Positions 34,922-44,064 of a DNA stretch of 64,000 nucleotides are shown piece after piece (position 1 is the first letter of the stretch; each line of letters begins with the position of its first letter). The notes under the pieces are model-generated. The model saw only the letters and a program-made list of their open reading frames with translations, was not told the DNA's origin and ran no database searches. The position numbers were made by a program, and so were the translations under genes. The stretch lies in the IMG/VR virus record IMGVR_UViG_3300020186_000013, positions 124,001-188,000 of that record; one strand, written 5' to 3'.

Positions 34922-35308
34922 TCACTCCACCTTATCGTCTTCGTCATCCTGCGTCAGGGCCAACATGGGGATGATCGCCATCGCGAGCTGGAAGAAGATC
35001 TTGATGATCGCCATGATCCCGTCCTTGTGGGCAGCCCACCACGTGGCCAGACGACCCTTGCCGGTCGGAGGCGGGGGCACCTCCTCCAGCATCTTGAGCA
35101 GCTGTGGCTGCTTGGCGATCTCCGCGTTGGCCGCTTCGTCCGTCGCCTGGGCCACGGCCCGCCGAGCCTGCCGTCGGGAGATCTGCTCTTTCTCGACGAG
35201 GTCATTGACGGCCCCACGTCGACCCATCAGCATCAGAATGCCGCGAGCCGGGGCACCGGGTACGTCCAGGAGGTTCAGGGCCATCGGGTCTGCTTCTTCC
35301 ACGATCAC
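34922..35308 (-). CDS. Hypothetical protein with a C-terminal hydrophobic helix
   Basis: 128 aa; GTGA overlap with the upstream stop. Confidence 0.65.
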   Translation of the reverse strand: MIVEEADPMALNLLDVPGAPARGILMLMGRRGAVNDLVEKEQISRRQARRAVAQATDEAANAEIAKQPQLLKMLEEVPPPPTGKGRLATWWAAHKDGIMAIIKIFFQLAMAIIPMLALTQDDEDDKVE

Positions 35309-35793
35309 TCCTTGGTTGCGGTAAAGTGCTCTTCGAGTGCAGCCTTAGCGGCTGCCTCCTGCTGATCGACCTCGGCGAGGGCGGCGACGAACCGCTCCTC
35401 GTACTGTTCCTGACGGACGATCTTAGTGTCGACCATGAGTTTGACGAGGGCAAGGATGTTGGCGGACGTCGACCGGTAGTGGTCCTTGAGCCGCTTGACC
35501 TCGTCGCGGGTCAGGGCCTGTTCGTCGGCAACCGGCTCGTCGGTCTTGCCCACAGGGACGTTGGCGGCTTGCAAGAGTCGGAGGGCGTCAGCGACGTACG
35601 AGTAGCAGCCGATCATCTTGACGACGCCGGTCTTGGCGTCCTTGAGCGGATAGGACGCAGCCAGACACGGGTAGTGCTGTGGGCCGTTGCCCCAGCCCAC
35701 CGCGTGGGGGTCGACGCCGACGCCCGAGGCCAACGTCTTGCGGTAGTTGTCCCAGTCGTCGGCGTTGTTCAGGAGCGTCCAGTTCGTCGCCAT
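35305..35793 (-). CDS. Hypothetical protein
   Basis: 162 aa; typical codon bias. Confidence 0.7.
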   Translation of the reverse strand: MATNWTLLNNADDWDNYRKTLASGVGVDPHAVGWGNGPQHYPCLAASYPLKDAKTGVVKMIGCYSYVADALRLLQAANVPVGKTDEPVADEQALTRDEVKRLKDHYRSTSANILALVKLMVDTKIVRQEQYEERFVAALAEVDQQEAAAKAALEEHFTATKE

Positions 35794-35794
35794 C

Positions 35795-36022
35795 TCATAC
35801 CTTCTGGTTTCGCACAGCCCACGCGGCGATGCCCGCCTTGGTGAGGCTCAGCTTCTTGCGGACGCGGGCGGCGTACGTGCGGACAGTTTCGTACCCAAGG
35901 TCCAGCTCGTCAGCGATGTGCTGGTAAGTCTTCCCTTCGGCGATCCCTCGCACCACGGCCAGCTCGCGATCCGACAGTTCCTTGTCGGAAGCCACATCGT
36001 TCTCCAATAGAGCTGCCATCAT
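35795..36022 (-). CDS. LuxR-family HTH transcriptional regulator (stand-alone)
   Basis: LSDRELAVVRGIAEGKTYQHIADELDLGYETVRTYAARVRKKL; ATGA-coupled. Confidence 0.85.
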   Translation of the reverse strand: MMAALLENDVASDKELSDRELAVVRGIAEGKTYQHIADELDLGYETVRTYAARVRKKLSLTKAGIAAWAVRNQKV

Positions 36023-36906
36023 TGGGAAAGTAACTCCGTAACCCGCTCCACCTTGTCGTTCGGCTCGCCGACCGGGTAAAGGTCGTCGGGCCACGGCCGG
36101 TTCGGGGACGCCTCGTAGGCGATGGCGTCGGAACCGCTGATGGTGAGTGTGGGTGCATCCCAACGGTAATGAAATGCGAGGAGTTCGTCAATCTTGGCCT
36201 TACGGTCTGAGGCCATGATCCAGTCCCGCTTCCGGGCGTTGGGGGCAGCCGTTGCGATCTGCCGGTGCTGCTCATACCCGCGACCGTTGTCGCCCCGGAC
36301 GCCGACGATGTGGTGGAACGGCAAACCAGGCACCGTCGCCAGGCGGACCCGGCTTTCGCCCAGCTTCCGCACCAGGTCGACCAGAGGCTGCTCGCGGTTG
36401 CTGTACGAGACCTCGGGCCACAGTTCCCTGCGGCCCATGAGCGTCGAGATGGCCCCCCGCTCCTCGGGGTGACCGGTGGGGTTCTGGTAGTTGACGAAGA
36501 ACAGCTCGTGCGAGTCATAGAAGTAGTAGAGGCTGTCCTCCAACATCGTCATCGCCTCGGGTACGGTCAGCTGCCGCTTCATCTGGTCCCGGAGACGGTA
36601 CTCGTGGTTCTGGTTGTCGTCGTCCCAGATCGCCAGGTACTCGCCGTAGGACATCGCCATCGCGTGCACGACGCCCTCGCACCCGACTCGGACCGATCGC
36701 TTATAGACACGGATCTTCACGTCGTGGGGGAGGTTCATGTACATCCACGACCGAATACCGTCCACGTAGGAGGCGTCGTTGGCGACGATCACCAACTCCT
36801 TGTTGGCATAGGACTGACCCTGGAAGTTCAGGATCGCCCGCTGGAGCAAGCCCCAGCGGTCGGGCTTGCTGACGCACATGCAGCTCACAAGAGGCTCGTC
36901 GGACAT
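36019..36906 (-). CDS. Glycosyltransferase family 2-like
   Basis: PLVSCMC, QSYANKELVIV, GEYLAIWDDD...RL..Q. Confidence 0.75.
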   Translation of the reverse strand: MSDEPLVSCMCVSKPDRWGLLQRAILNFQGQSYANKELVIVANDASYVDGIRSWMYMNLPHDVKIRVYKRSVRVGCEGVVHAMAMSYGEYLAIWDDDNQNHEYRLRDQMKRQLTVPEAMTMLEDSLYYFYDSHELFFVNYQNPTGHPEERGAISTLMGRRELWPEVSYSNREQPLVDLVRKLGESRVRLATVPGLPFHHIVGVRGDNGRGYEQHRQIATAAPNARKRDWIMASDRKAKIDELLAFHYRWDAPTLTISGSDAIAYEASPNRPWPDDLYPVGEPNDKVERVTELLSQ

Positions 36907-36915
36907 GTCCACTCC

Positions 36916-37500
36916 CTATGCGACCCCGCTGACGACCAGCGAGTCGGCCATGTGTTTCGTCTCTTCACTCTCCCGGAGGTCCAGGGCTTCGATGGAGTTG
37001 ACCCGAACCATGCGGGAATTGCGAGAGCACTTTGTCCAGTTCGCCGTCCGGTGAGCAATGATCCCGTCGACCCGAACGTCCACGTCACAAAGGTCGAACT
37101 TGCTGACCCCCATGTCGACGTACGCCTGCTTACGGAGCGTGGTAACGGCGAGGTCCACCTTGGTGTGCTTCAAGTGCTCCAGACACTCCTCGGCCCGGAT
37201 CAGGTCCATGAACGGCGTGCAGGCGTTGATGAGGACGGCCGATGCGTGCTTGCCTTGGCGGGCATGGCCGGCCAAGATCTCGTCCCACTTCGAGTCGTCC
37301 TTCTCAGGGAGGGAGACGAACAGGTTGGCGTCGAGGAGTTCCTGGCACTGGGGGAGGTACTTCTCGAACGTCACGCAGGCGACGCGGCCAACGCCACGGA
37401 CCTCGGAGATCTTCTTGAAAACTCTCTCCACGACAGGGAGGGAGCCGAGCCAGGTGAAGACGACGGGGTCAAGGGCAAGGACGCAGGCGAGGGTCGACAT
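36916..37500 (-). CDS. Degenerate cytidylyltransferase-like (NeuA/KdsB fold) protein
   Basis: Weak pattern: WLGSLPVVERV, LINACTPF, EALDL. Confidence 0.4.
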   Translation of the reverse strand: MSTLACVLALDPVVFTWLGSLPVVERVFKKISEVRGVGRVACVTFEKYLPQCQELLDANLFVSLPEKDDSKWDEILAGHARQGKHASAVLINACTPFMDLIRAEECLEHLKHTKVDLAVTTLRKQAYVDMGVSKFDLCDVDVRVDGIIAHRTANWTKCSRNSRMVRVNSIEALDLRESEETKHMADSLVVSGVA

Positions 37501-37502
37501 TA

Positions 37503-38159
37503 TTACTCCATTGATTTCGGGGGAGGTGGTCGCGGTCGGGGCGGCTTACTTTCTTTAGGCCGATCCCGTTCGCGTCGCTCGATTTTGCCGTTCACGTGGT
37601 AGACGGTCGAGGCCCCGTCTTCGTTCAACACAACAAGTCTGTCTGCGGCGGTGAAGGTGATGACCAGGCCCTTGGGAATGTCTACAACGCCGTCGTCGAG
37701 TACCACCAGTTGGCCCAGCCCCTCCTTCTGCGTGACGACCGGCGTCGACGAGCGTCGCAACCGCTCCCCGATCCGTTTGTTCAGTTCTCTCTCGTCGGGC
37801 AAGGCGGCTTGCGTGCGGTCAACCAACTCCTGTCGGCCGTCGGGGCCGTCGAGGTAACTGGTCCCATCGGGGTTGACGACAACGGAGTAGCCCGGTGCCC
37901 CCGCGATCAGGGTGCGGCGAGGCTGAGGTTTCAAATCGTCCCGGACTTCCCGTGGCATTGACGCCACGGGCAAGGACAGGGCGAAGGGTGCGGTGGTTCG
38001 AGGCTCGGGAATCCGTTCCCTCGGTGGCTGTCGCGGCTCGGGCGTCCGTTCGGCGTCGGGCAACCCCACGACCAGTAGGGTGACCATCCCGCCGAGACCG
38101 CCCGAGATCAGCACGCCGCAGAAAAGAACGGTCCAGAGGTTGGACCGTTTACGCCTCAT
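37503..38159 (-). CDS. Membrane-anchored hypothetical protein
   Basis: N-terminal TM helix; Pro-rich linkers. Confidence 0.65.
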   Translation of the reverse strand: MRRKRSNLWTVLFCGVLISGGLGGMVTLLVVGLPDAERTPEPRQPPRERIPEPRTTAPFALSLPVASMPREVRDDLKPQPRRTLIAGAPGYSVVVNPDGTSYLDGPDGRQELVDRTQAALPDERELNKRIGERLRRSSTPVVTQKEGLGQLVVLDDGVVDIPKGLVITFTAADRLVVLNEDGASTVYHVNGKIERRERDRPKESKPPRPRPPPPKSME

Positions 38160-38968
38160 TAGAAGAGATCCTCCGCAGCGAGGTGCTGCCGAACGATGCT
38201 GGGGCCGGACTTGAGCAGCTCATCGTAGTTGATGATCCGCTCCTGCATGGAGCGGTTCCGCAAGCGGCGGATGTTGGGACGCGGGATGCGACGCGGTGAC
38301 AGGTCGAGGAACTCGAACACCCGCTGCATCTCACTCTCGAAGTGCAGAGTCAGATCCTTGTACCGGACGAGGAGCTGGTCCTCGCTGCTGGCCTGGACCT
38401 TGGCCCGTGTCGACTCCCAGTCCCACACGAAGGCCGTCAGCTCAGCCGAGTCAAGGCGAATCGCTGAAGGGCGGACGTGGGACAGAGGTTCGCCGCCGCC
38501 GACGAACCACCGCTGGGTCTTCTCGGCCTGCTTCTTCGACACGAAACAAGCAATCGGGTTACGGAGGACGTGGACGACACAGAAGTCGCCCTCGTGCGTC
38601 CGCTGCTTGAACAGGTCGTACAGCTCGTACTGTCGCACCGCCGCGTACGGGGTACGGACGCCGATCACCCGTTCGTCGTGGAGCGGGTTGTCGAACACCT
38701 GGTTGGCCAGGTAGCGGTTAGGATTGGTCTCGGGCGTGAACCACTCGGGCAGCCGAGCGGGGTCCCGCGTCGGGCCGAAGTATTCCTCGTGGGACGCCCG
38801 ACGGATCGCCTCACTCGGGTTGAACAGGTTAAGGTGGCAAACCGCCTCCCCAAGCTGATTGATGACGCCCTGAACAACCGCCGCACCGCTCCGCACCTCG
38901 CCGACCAGGGCGAAGTTGAGGACAGTCGCCGGTCGTTTGGACGAAGACGCTGACATGGCACTTAACAT
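38159..38968 (-). CDS. Sulfotransferase-like (Stf0-type P-loop), divergent
   Basis: FALVGEVRSG, HVLRNPIACFVS, VRYKDL, FEFL, IINYDEL. Confidence 0.6.
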   Translation of the reverse strand: MLSAMSASSSKRPATVLNFALVGEVRSGAAVVQGVINQLGEAVCHLNLFNPSEAIRRASHEEYFGPTRDPARLPEWFTPETNPNRYLANQVFDNPLHDERVIGVRTPYAAVRQYELYDLFKQRTHEGDFCVVHVLRNPIACFVSKKQAEKTQRWFVGGGEPLSHVRPSAIRLDSAELTAFVWDWESTRAKVQASSEDQLLVRYKDLTLHFESEMQRVFEFLDLSPRRIPRPNIRRLRNRSMQERIINYDELLKSGPSIVRQHLAAEDLF

Positions 38969-39034
38969 CCTTCAAATCTCCGTGAAGGTAGTGGACTCGC
39001 CCTGGCATACTAGCCGTGGCAGTTGATACAAAAC

Positions 39035-40195
39035 TCAGACGACAGGTGCAGTCCTTACACCCGTCACGAGATCCGTCTCGTCCACAACCCTCTTGGTCGC
39101 CTTCAACCCCAATCCGTAGGTGTCGCACAACGCGGTCAGGTACGCCACGTCCGCGTCCCCGAACCCGCAGTAACCCTTGTACTCGGGACCGCCGAAGGCC
39201 CCCATGAACTCCTCCTGGGGCCGTCGGTTGCGGTCGTAGTAGAACCCGACCGACAGCATGTGGGCCGGCAGCACGTCGCCGACGAGCACGCCCACGGCCG
39301 GGACCGGTGCGTTGTCGATGACGACCCGCTTGTGAGCGGAGTGCTTCTTCCAGAACTCGGTCAGCTCGTCGTCGGCGTCCTCGTCGTACCGCTGGTGACT
39401 CCGCACGTGGAGCATCGTCGTGCTAATCCCGTTTTCGTCCTCGTGCAGGAAGATCGTCGACGTCTTGATGTTGATGCGGACCTGCCGCTTGAGCATCGTC
39501 GTCAGCGAGTCCGTGCGGAGGGCCATCTGGTACATGAGCCGCATCGGGTGCGAGTTCTCATCGTCCTCCCAGTTGGCGATGTAGTCCCCCGTGGCGATCT
39601 TGAGCCCCTCGTTTCGCATCGCCCCGTAGCCCATGAGTGGCACACGGTGCTCGGTAATCTCGGGGTGGTCCCACGGCACCACGATCGTCGGCAGGGACAC
39701 CTCCTTCGTGACGCCGTTTGCGTCCGTGGTGGTGACGACCTCGGGCACCGGGTCGATGCCGTTGATAATGATGAGTTGCTTGCGGGGGTAGACCTGCTTG
39801 AGGAAGCAGGTGACGGCCTGCCGGGCGTGGTTCACCCGACGCGGGTCCTTGATGACCATCAGGGCCGTGACCATCGGCTGCCGCACCGACGGGGGCGGCA
39901 GGTTCGCCCGAGGTGAGGCAGCCACCGTTGGAACTGGCCGCTCGGTGAGGGCAGCCACACGCGGGACCACGGCGGACTCTTCGGGCAGCGACTCGACCTG
40001 GGTGACCCGTCGCTCAGACTTCGGGGCATCCGGTATTGACGATGAGGCCATGATCGTGCCGGGCTTGATGGCCGGGACGACCCCCAGTCTCTCCTGCTCC
40101 TTCTTCTTCTCCAGCATCGCCGCGAGTTGTTCAGAACTCATGGCCTGCAAAAAGGCTTCCATGGGCAGACGTGCGGTCGCTTGAGACGTAGACAT
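39035..40195 (-). CDS. Glycosyltransferase family 2-like with an N-terminal extension
   Basis: FLKQVYPRKQLIII, GAMRNEGLKIATGDYIANWEDD...RL.YQ; paralog-like to the 36019 gene. Confidence 0.75.
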   Translation of the reverse strand: MSTSQATARLPMEAFLQAMSSEQLAAMLEKKKEQERLGVVPAIKPGTIMASSSIPDAPKSERRVTQVESLPEESAVVPRVAALTERPVPTVAASPRANLPPPSVRQPMVTALMVIKDPRRVNHARQAVTCFLKQVYPRKQLIIINGIDPVPEVVTTTDANGVTKEVSLPTIVVPWDHPEITEHRVPLMGYGAMRNEGLKIATGDYIANWEDDENSHPMRLMYQMALRTDSLTTMLKRQVRINIKTSTIFLHEDENGISTTMLHVRSHQRYDEDADDELTEFWKKHSAHKRVVIDNAPVPAVGVLVGDVLPAHMLSVGFYYDRNRRPQEEFMGAFGGPEYKGYCGFGDADVAYLTALCDTYGLGLKATKRVVDETDLVTGVRTAPVV

Positions 40196-40238
40196 CTTGT
40201 CTCCGACAGGGATGACTCACCAAACAGTTGATTGGGCA

Positions 40239-40267
40239 ACATTACCCGAAAAGGGGACACCCGGCAA
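40239..40267 (-). promoter_or_regulatory. Sigma70-like promoter
   Basis: TTGCCG-N17-TAATGT in an AT-richer intergenic region. Confidence 0.45.
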
Positions 40268-40345
40268 GCGAAGTTGGCCTGATAAGTGCGTTAAGCCCTC
40301 ATTTGAGAGCTCAACCAACGGCTTAACGCAAAAACGCACGAGAGC

Positions 40346-41035
40346 TTACGCCTCGGCGGATTTCGGCATTTCCACTGGGAACTCACAAAAACCAGGCGAA
40401 ACGCGAGGCTCACGAGGCACACCCTCCTCATCGGCGTACACGGCCTTGGCAGCGTCCACGTCGAGTTGAGCACTGTACTTCTCCCAAGCGAGAACCTTGG
40501 CCTCCATTTCGGGTGACAACATGGTCTCACCGGGTTCGACGGCGATGTCAACCTGCGGCAGCTTCTGCTTACACTGACGCACAGCGTAAACGTCATGTCC
40601 GGAGACGAGGGGCTCGGGGTGGTGGGTAGTGTCGACCGTGATGTCGCCGCCCATCGCTTTTTCGAGCCTGGTCACGGGCCGAGCGTGGATGCTCGCGTCA
40701 CCATCGTCTTTCTTGTAGGACACGACCATCGGCCCCACTTCCACGCCGTGAACGAGTGTGGAACTGTGTCCCGCGTCAGCCTGCTTGACGGCGTACTGCA
40801 TCGCCTGCTGGAGGCCGAAGTGCGGGTTGTGGATGGTCGCAATGCCGTCCCGCACCATGGGCTTAGGCTCGGCCTCTTCGAGGTCGTGCGGCAGTTGCAC
40901 TGGCACCCGCTCGACAGTCGGCAACTCGGGCACGCGGAGCAGCCCCAACGTGCGGTAGACCGCCAGCACGCACAGCACCGCCAAGCACAGCAAGATCCCG
41001 GTAAGGATCACGGTAACGTCCATATGCGACTCCAA
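40346..41035 (-). CDS. Membrane-anchored hypothetical protein
   Basis: N-terminal TM helix. Confidence 0.65.
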   Translation of the reverse strand: MESHMDVTVILTGILLCLAVLCVLAVYRTLGLLRVPELPTVERVPVQLPHDLEEAEPKPMVRDGIATIHNPHFGLQQAMQYAVKQADAGHSSTLVHGVEVGPMVVSYKKDDGDASIHARPVTRLEKAMGGDITVDTTHHPEPLVSGHDVYAVRQCKQKLPQVDIAVEPGETMLSPEMEAKVLAWEKYSAQLDVDAAKAVYADEEGVPREPRVSPGFCEFPVEMPKSAEA

Positions 41036-41040
41036 TGGGT

Positions 41041-41077
41041 AAAAGAAAGAACGGCCCCAGCTTAGCTGGAGCCGTTC
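41041..41077 (-). terminator. Intrinsic terminator
   Basis: GAACGGCTCCAGC-TAA-GCTGGGGCCGTTC followed by TTTCTTTT on the minus strand. Confidence 0.75.
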
Positions 41078-41195
41078 GTGTGGTCGAGTCAGGTGAGGAC
41101 AAAAGACAACGAGTCTATCTCGGCCGTCATTCCCAGTGGTGTAACTTAGGGTTTTCGTGACAGTAACCGAGAATCCTCACCTGACCCTTATCGGG

Positions 41196-42068
41196 TCACA
41201 CCTTTACGGTGCGGGCGATGGCTTGTCGCGTCTCGGACAGGCCGTTCTTCGCCGCCGGTGTGTTGGTGAGGCACTCCAAGATCTGCCACTCCTCGGGGGT
41301 CGGTGGCGGGTCGAACGTGCGGAGGTGAGTGGTCACCTGGTCCCAAACCTTCCATTGGCCCTGGAGGTCGGCGATCGGGATCGTGCACTTGGACGTCGGT
41401 CCGAAGGCCACGTCGGACTCGACGATGCGGATACGAGGGGGCTCGGCCATGACTGCCTTCCATTCTTGGGTGTTGGGGTTGCACCCGTTCGCCACGTAGT
41501 CCTTCACCGCCCGGATCTGGTTCTCCCAGTAGGCGATGAACTCGGCTGCGGCCTCGGGTGTGGCGGACGCCATGCGGCGGCTGGCAGGGGTGTCGTCGGA
41601 GCAGCCGCCGTACGGCGACCGGAGGAAGAAGATGGTCTCCTGGGTCTTGTCGGGCCAGCACTCGGTGTCGAAGCCGACTTCCCGGAACGTGTCCTTGACG
41701 ATCTTCTTACCGGGGCAGCCCTCGACCGCGATGCTCGTTATCTCGTCCGGCACAGTGGTAGTCTCCAGGCACTTTTGGTGGGCGAACTCTTCGCCGTAGT
41801 TGAACACGAACACGCCCTTAGCCTGATACGATCCTCGGCAAACCCGACAGACGTTGAGGAGCTGAGCCTCCTTGACGCTGAGTGTGCCGGTCATCCTCGC
41901 CAGGCACGCGGCACGAAGCTCTTTCATCTTCGCACGCATGTGGGCCAGCTGGTCCTCGTGCGTGTGGTACGCCGCACGAAGCCACTTCAGGGCTTCCTTG
42001 TCGCCGTACTTGAGCACTCGCTCGATCTGCTCGTTGGCCTGCTTGATCTCTTCGTCTGTGCGTGGCAT
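41196..42068 (-). CDS. Hypothetical protein (CxxC...HxxC finger)
   Basis: 290 aa; CRVC...HQKC. Confidence 0.65.
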   Translation of the reverse strand: MPRTDEEIKQANEQIERVLKYGDKEALKWLRAAYHTHEDQLAHMRAKMKELRAACLARMTGTLSVKEAQLLNVCRVCRGSYQAKGVFVFNYGEEFAHQKCLETTTVPDEITSIAVEGCPGKKIVKDTFREVGFDTECWPDKTQETIFFLRSPYGGCSDDTPASRRMASATPEAAAEFIAYWENQIRAVKDYVANGCNPNTQEWKAVMAEPPRIRIVESDVAFGPTSKCTIPIADLQGQWKVWDQVTTHLRTFDPPPTPEEWQILECLTNTPAAKNGLSETRQAIARTVKV

Positions 42069-42076
42069 GGAGTTGA

Positions 42077-42150
42077 ACCCACCGGCGGGACTCGAACCCG
42101 CATAATCCCGCTTAGAAGGCGGTCGCTCTACGCGATTGAGCTACGGGAGG
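42077..42150 (-). tRNA. tRNA-Arg(TCT)
   Basis: TAGCTCAA D-arm, CCGC-CT-TCT-AA-GCGG anticodon arm, GCGGGTTCGAGTCCCGC T-arm; CCA not encoded. Confidence 0.85.
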
Positions 42151-42154
42151 ATAG

Positions 42155-42226
42155 TCGGGGTGGCAGGACTCGAACCTGCGACTTCATGGTTATGAGCCAT
42201 GCGAGCTGCCTCTGCTCTACACCCCA
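42155..42226 (-). tRNA. tRNA with a CAT anticodon (Met; initiator-like D stem; Ile2 not excluded)
   Basis: TGGGGTG/CACCCCG acceptor, GAGC/GCTC D stem, CATGG-CT-CAT-AA-CCATG, GCAGGTTCGAGTCCTGC. Confidence 0.9.
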
Positions 42227-42352
42227 ATAGTACGTCTGCTGCATCCAAGGACTACAGCAGACGCCCTGTGGCCACGCTGGCGATCCTTCGCCACCGCGAC
42301 AGCGGAGAATCTACCCAAGGCGGTAGACCCGCACAAGTCCAAAAGCCAGTTT

Positions 42353-42586
42353 CTACACCTTCATCGCGACCTTCTTCGCTTCCTTGATCATCGCGTCGAT
42401 GACGGTGTCTAGCCGCTTGTGCAAGTTGCACCGCAGACGCGGGTGGTCGATCACGGTCGGCGTCATCGACATCACCTGGGACGACTCGACGTCGGAGCAC
42501 TTCTCAGCCCGCCCGTCGAACGTGACCACGTACACCTCGCACTTGACTAGGACCGTTGCCATTTTGATTTCGTCGGCGTTGAGCAT
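42353..42586 (-). CDS. Small hypothetical protein
   Basis: Start MLNADE; 77 aa. Confidence 0.55.
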   Translation of the reverse strand: MLNADEIKMATVLVKCEVYVVTFDGRAEKCSDVESSQVMSMTPTVIDHPRLRCNLHKRLDTVIDAMIKEAKKVAMKV

Positions 42587-42591
42587 GGTGA

Positions 42592-43377
42592 CTACTTCTC
42601 TGGTGTGATCGACTCCTTTGCTAATGTAGGCCCGCTGACGTGTTCCAACCACACCTGATACACCGCCAAGACGGTTGCCAGCCGAACGCCGGGCCGATTG
42701 TTGAAGTACGTGTAGTCGTCGTGGTGGGCCGGGTTCCACCGGCTGTTCTGCAACGCCCCGCCGTCCTGGGTGCCGTGGCCGATGTGGTGTACGACGCTGC
42801 CGCAGTCCGTAGTCTCGTCCGTAAATAGCTGCATGTCCCGAAACAGCGACGACAGGAAGTAGGCAGCGAAGTAGTTGCCGTCGGTGACGTTACGGACGTG
42901 CTCGGTCTCACGGAACACGGACCGGAAGAACTCGGGCGTCACCCGCAGCCAGTCGAGGTCGACGACGCCAAAGTTGAACCAGTTGGGCCAGTAGTCATCA
43001 CCGCCGTGGTTGCCCATCCACGTGCCCGCGTGCTTGCCCCTGTTGCTTAACTCGGACACGAACCGACACACTTCTCGCTTATCGAGCAAGACCATGTCGT
43101 CGTGCATGAGTAAGGCGTACCTGGCATCGCTCTTGATGGCCGCTGCGAGGCCCAGCAGGTTGCCCATGACGTGGTGCAGGTTGACCTGCGTCCACAGGTG
43201 GGTGTTAAGGCTGTCCGCTTCCTTGGTCGGCGGGCCGTTGGACCCGAGCGGGTCGTTGTCGACCACGATCGTCTGCATCGACCCGCACGTGGACTTGAGG
43301 GCCAGGTCCAGGTACTTGCGGCCAGGCTTGTACTCCCCGGCCGCGACGATCACTACTGCCATCTCATCCCACGTCAT
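42592..43377 (-). CDS. Glycosyltransferase (GT-A fold)-like
   Basis: IVVDN, YALLMHDD, VHHIG. Confidence 0.6.
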   Translation of the reverse strand: MTWDEMAVVIVAAGEYKPGRKYLDLALKSTCGSMQTIVVDNDPLGSNGPPTKEADSLNTHLWTQVNLHHVMGNLLGLAAAIKSDARYALLMHDDMVLLDKREVCRFVSELSNRGKHAGTWMGNHGGDDYWPNWFNFGVVDLDWLRVTPEFFRSVFRETEHVRNVTDGNYFAAYFLSSLFRDMQLFTDETTDCGSVVHHIGHGTQDGGALQNSRWNPAHHDDYTYFNNRPGVRLATVLAVYQVWLEHVSGPTLAKESITPEK

Positions 43378-44059
43378 CCGGCACCTCGACGGTCATGTCA
43401 CGCATGTACTTCCGACTCTTGACCCCGGCATAGGGGTCCCACACAGAGCCGAAGTCGATCAAGGACAGCCGCTGCCCCGCCCAGGCGTGCATCTCATGGA
43501 TCAGGAGCTTGGCGGGCATGCCTGCCGAGAACGACACCACGCTCCCCACGGGTAGCGACTCGGTCGCCGCCTTGACCTCACGCAGCAGGTGGTCGCGGGA
43601 GATGTAGCTGTTCTTCGGGGGGACGGTGATGAACTCCCGGTAGCCCAGGAACTTCTTCAGGCGGGAGAGGTGCGGAGGACCAACCATCACCAGGGGCACG
43701 GACCGCAGGGCTTCGAGCATCGGGCCGAACGTCCTCGCCTGGGAGGCGTTGTGGAACACGTCGGCGTCGATCCAGTCGAGCACGTTCAGGTAGTTCTGGT
43801 CGATCCAGGATTCGATGCGGCCGTCGAACACGCGGCGGGCAAGGCCCTGGAGGCCGAGCACATAGGGCGGCTTGGCCAGCAGGACGTTCTTCAGTTCGGC
43901 ACCCATCTGCGGGAAGTACCGGTGGCCGTCGCAGTTCTGGCCACGGTCCCGGCCGAAGACGGAGTACCATTCTCCGTCGCCCCACCGGCTGAAGGTCACC
44001 GGCTGCCGTGCTACAACCTTCGCCACAAACTCTTCCAGCGGTCGTTCCTTGACCTGCAT
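43364..44059 (-). CDS. GT-D fold (DUF1792-like) glycosyltransferase
   Basis: TFSRWGDGE, VPPKNSY, SAGMPAK, IDFGSVWD. Confidence 0.7.
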   Translation of the reverse strand: MQVKERPLEEFVAKVVARQPVTFSRWGDGEWYSVFGRDRGQNCDGHRYFPQMGAELKNVLLAKPPYVLGLQGLARRVFDGRIESWIDQNYLNVLDWIDADVFHNASQARTFGPMLEALRSVPLVMVGPPHLSRLKKFLGYREFITVPPKNSYISRDHLLREVKAATESLPVGSVVSFSAGMPAKLLIHEMHAWAGQRLSLIDFGSVWDPYAGVKSRKYMRDMTVEVPDDVG

Positions 44060-44064
44060 GAGTA

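Noticed and set aside
40287-40335. Inverted repeat TGCGTTAAGCC/GGCTTAACGCA as a terminator
   Set aside because: The loop is large and the T-run precedes rather than follows the stem on the coding strand; role unclear.
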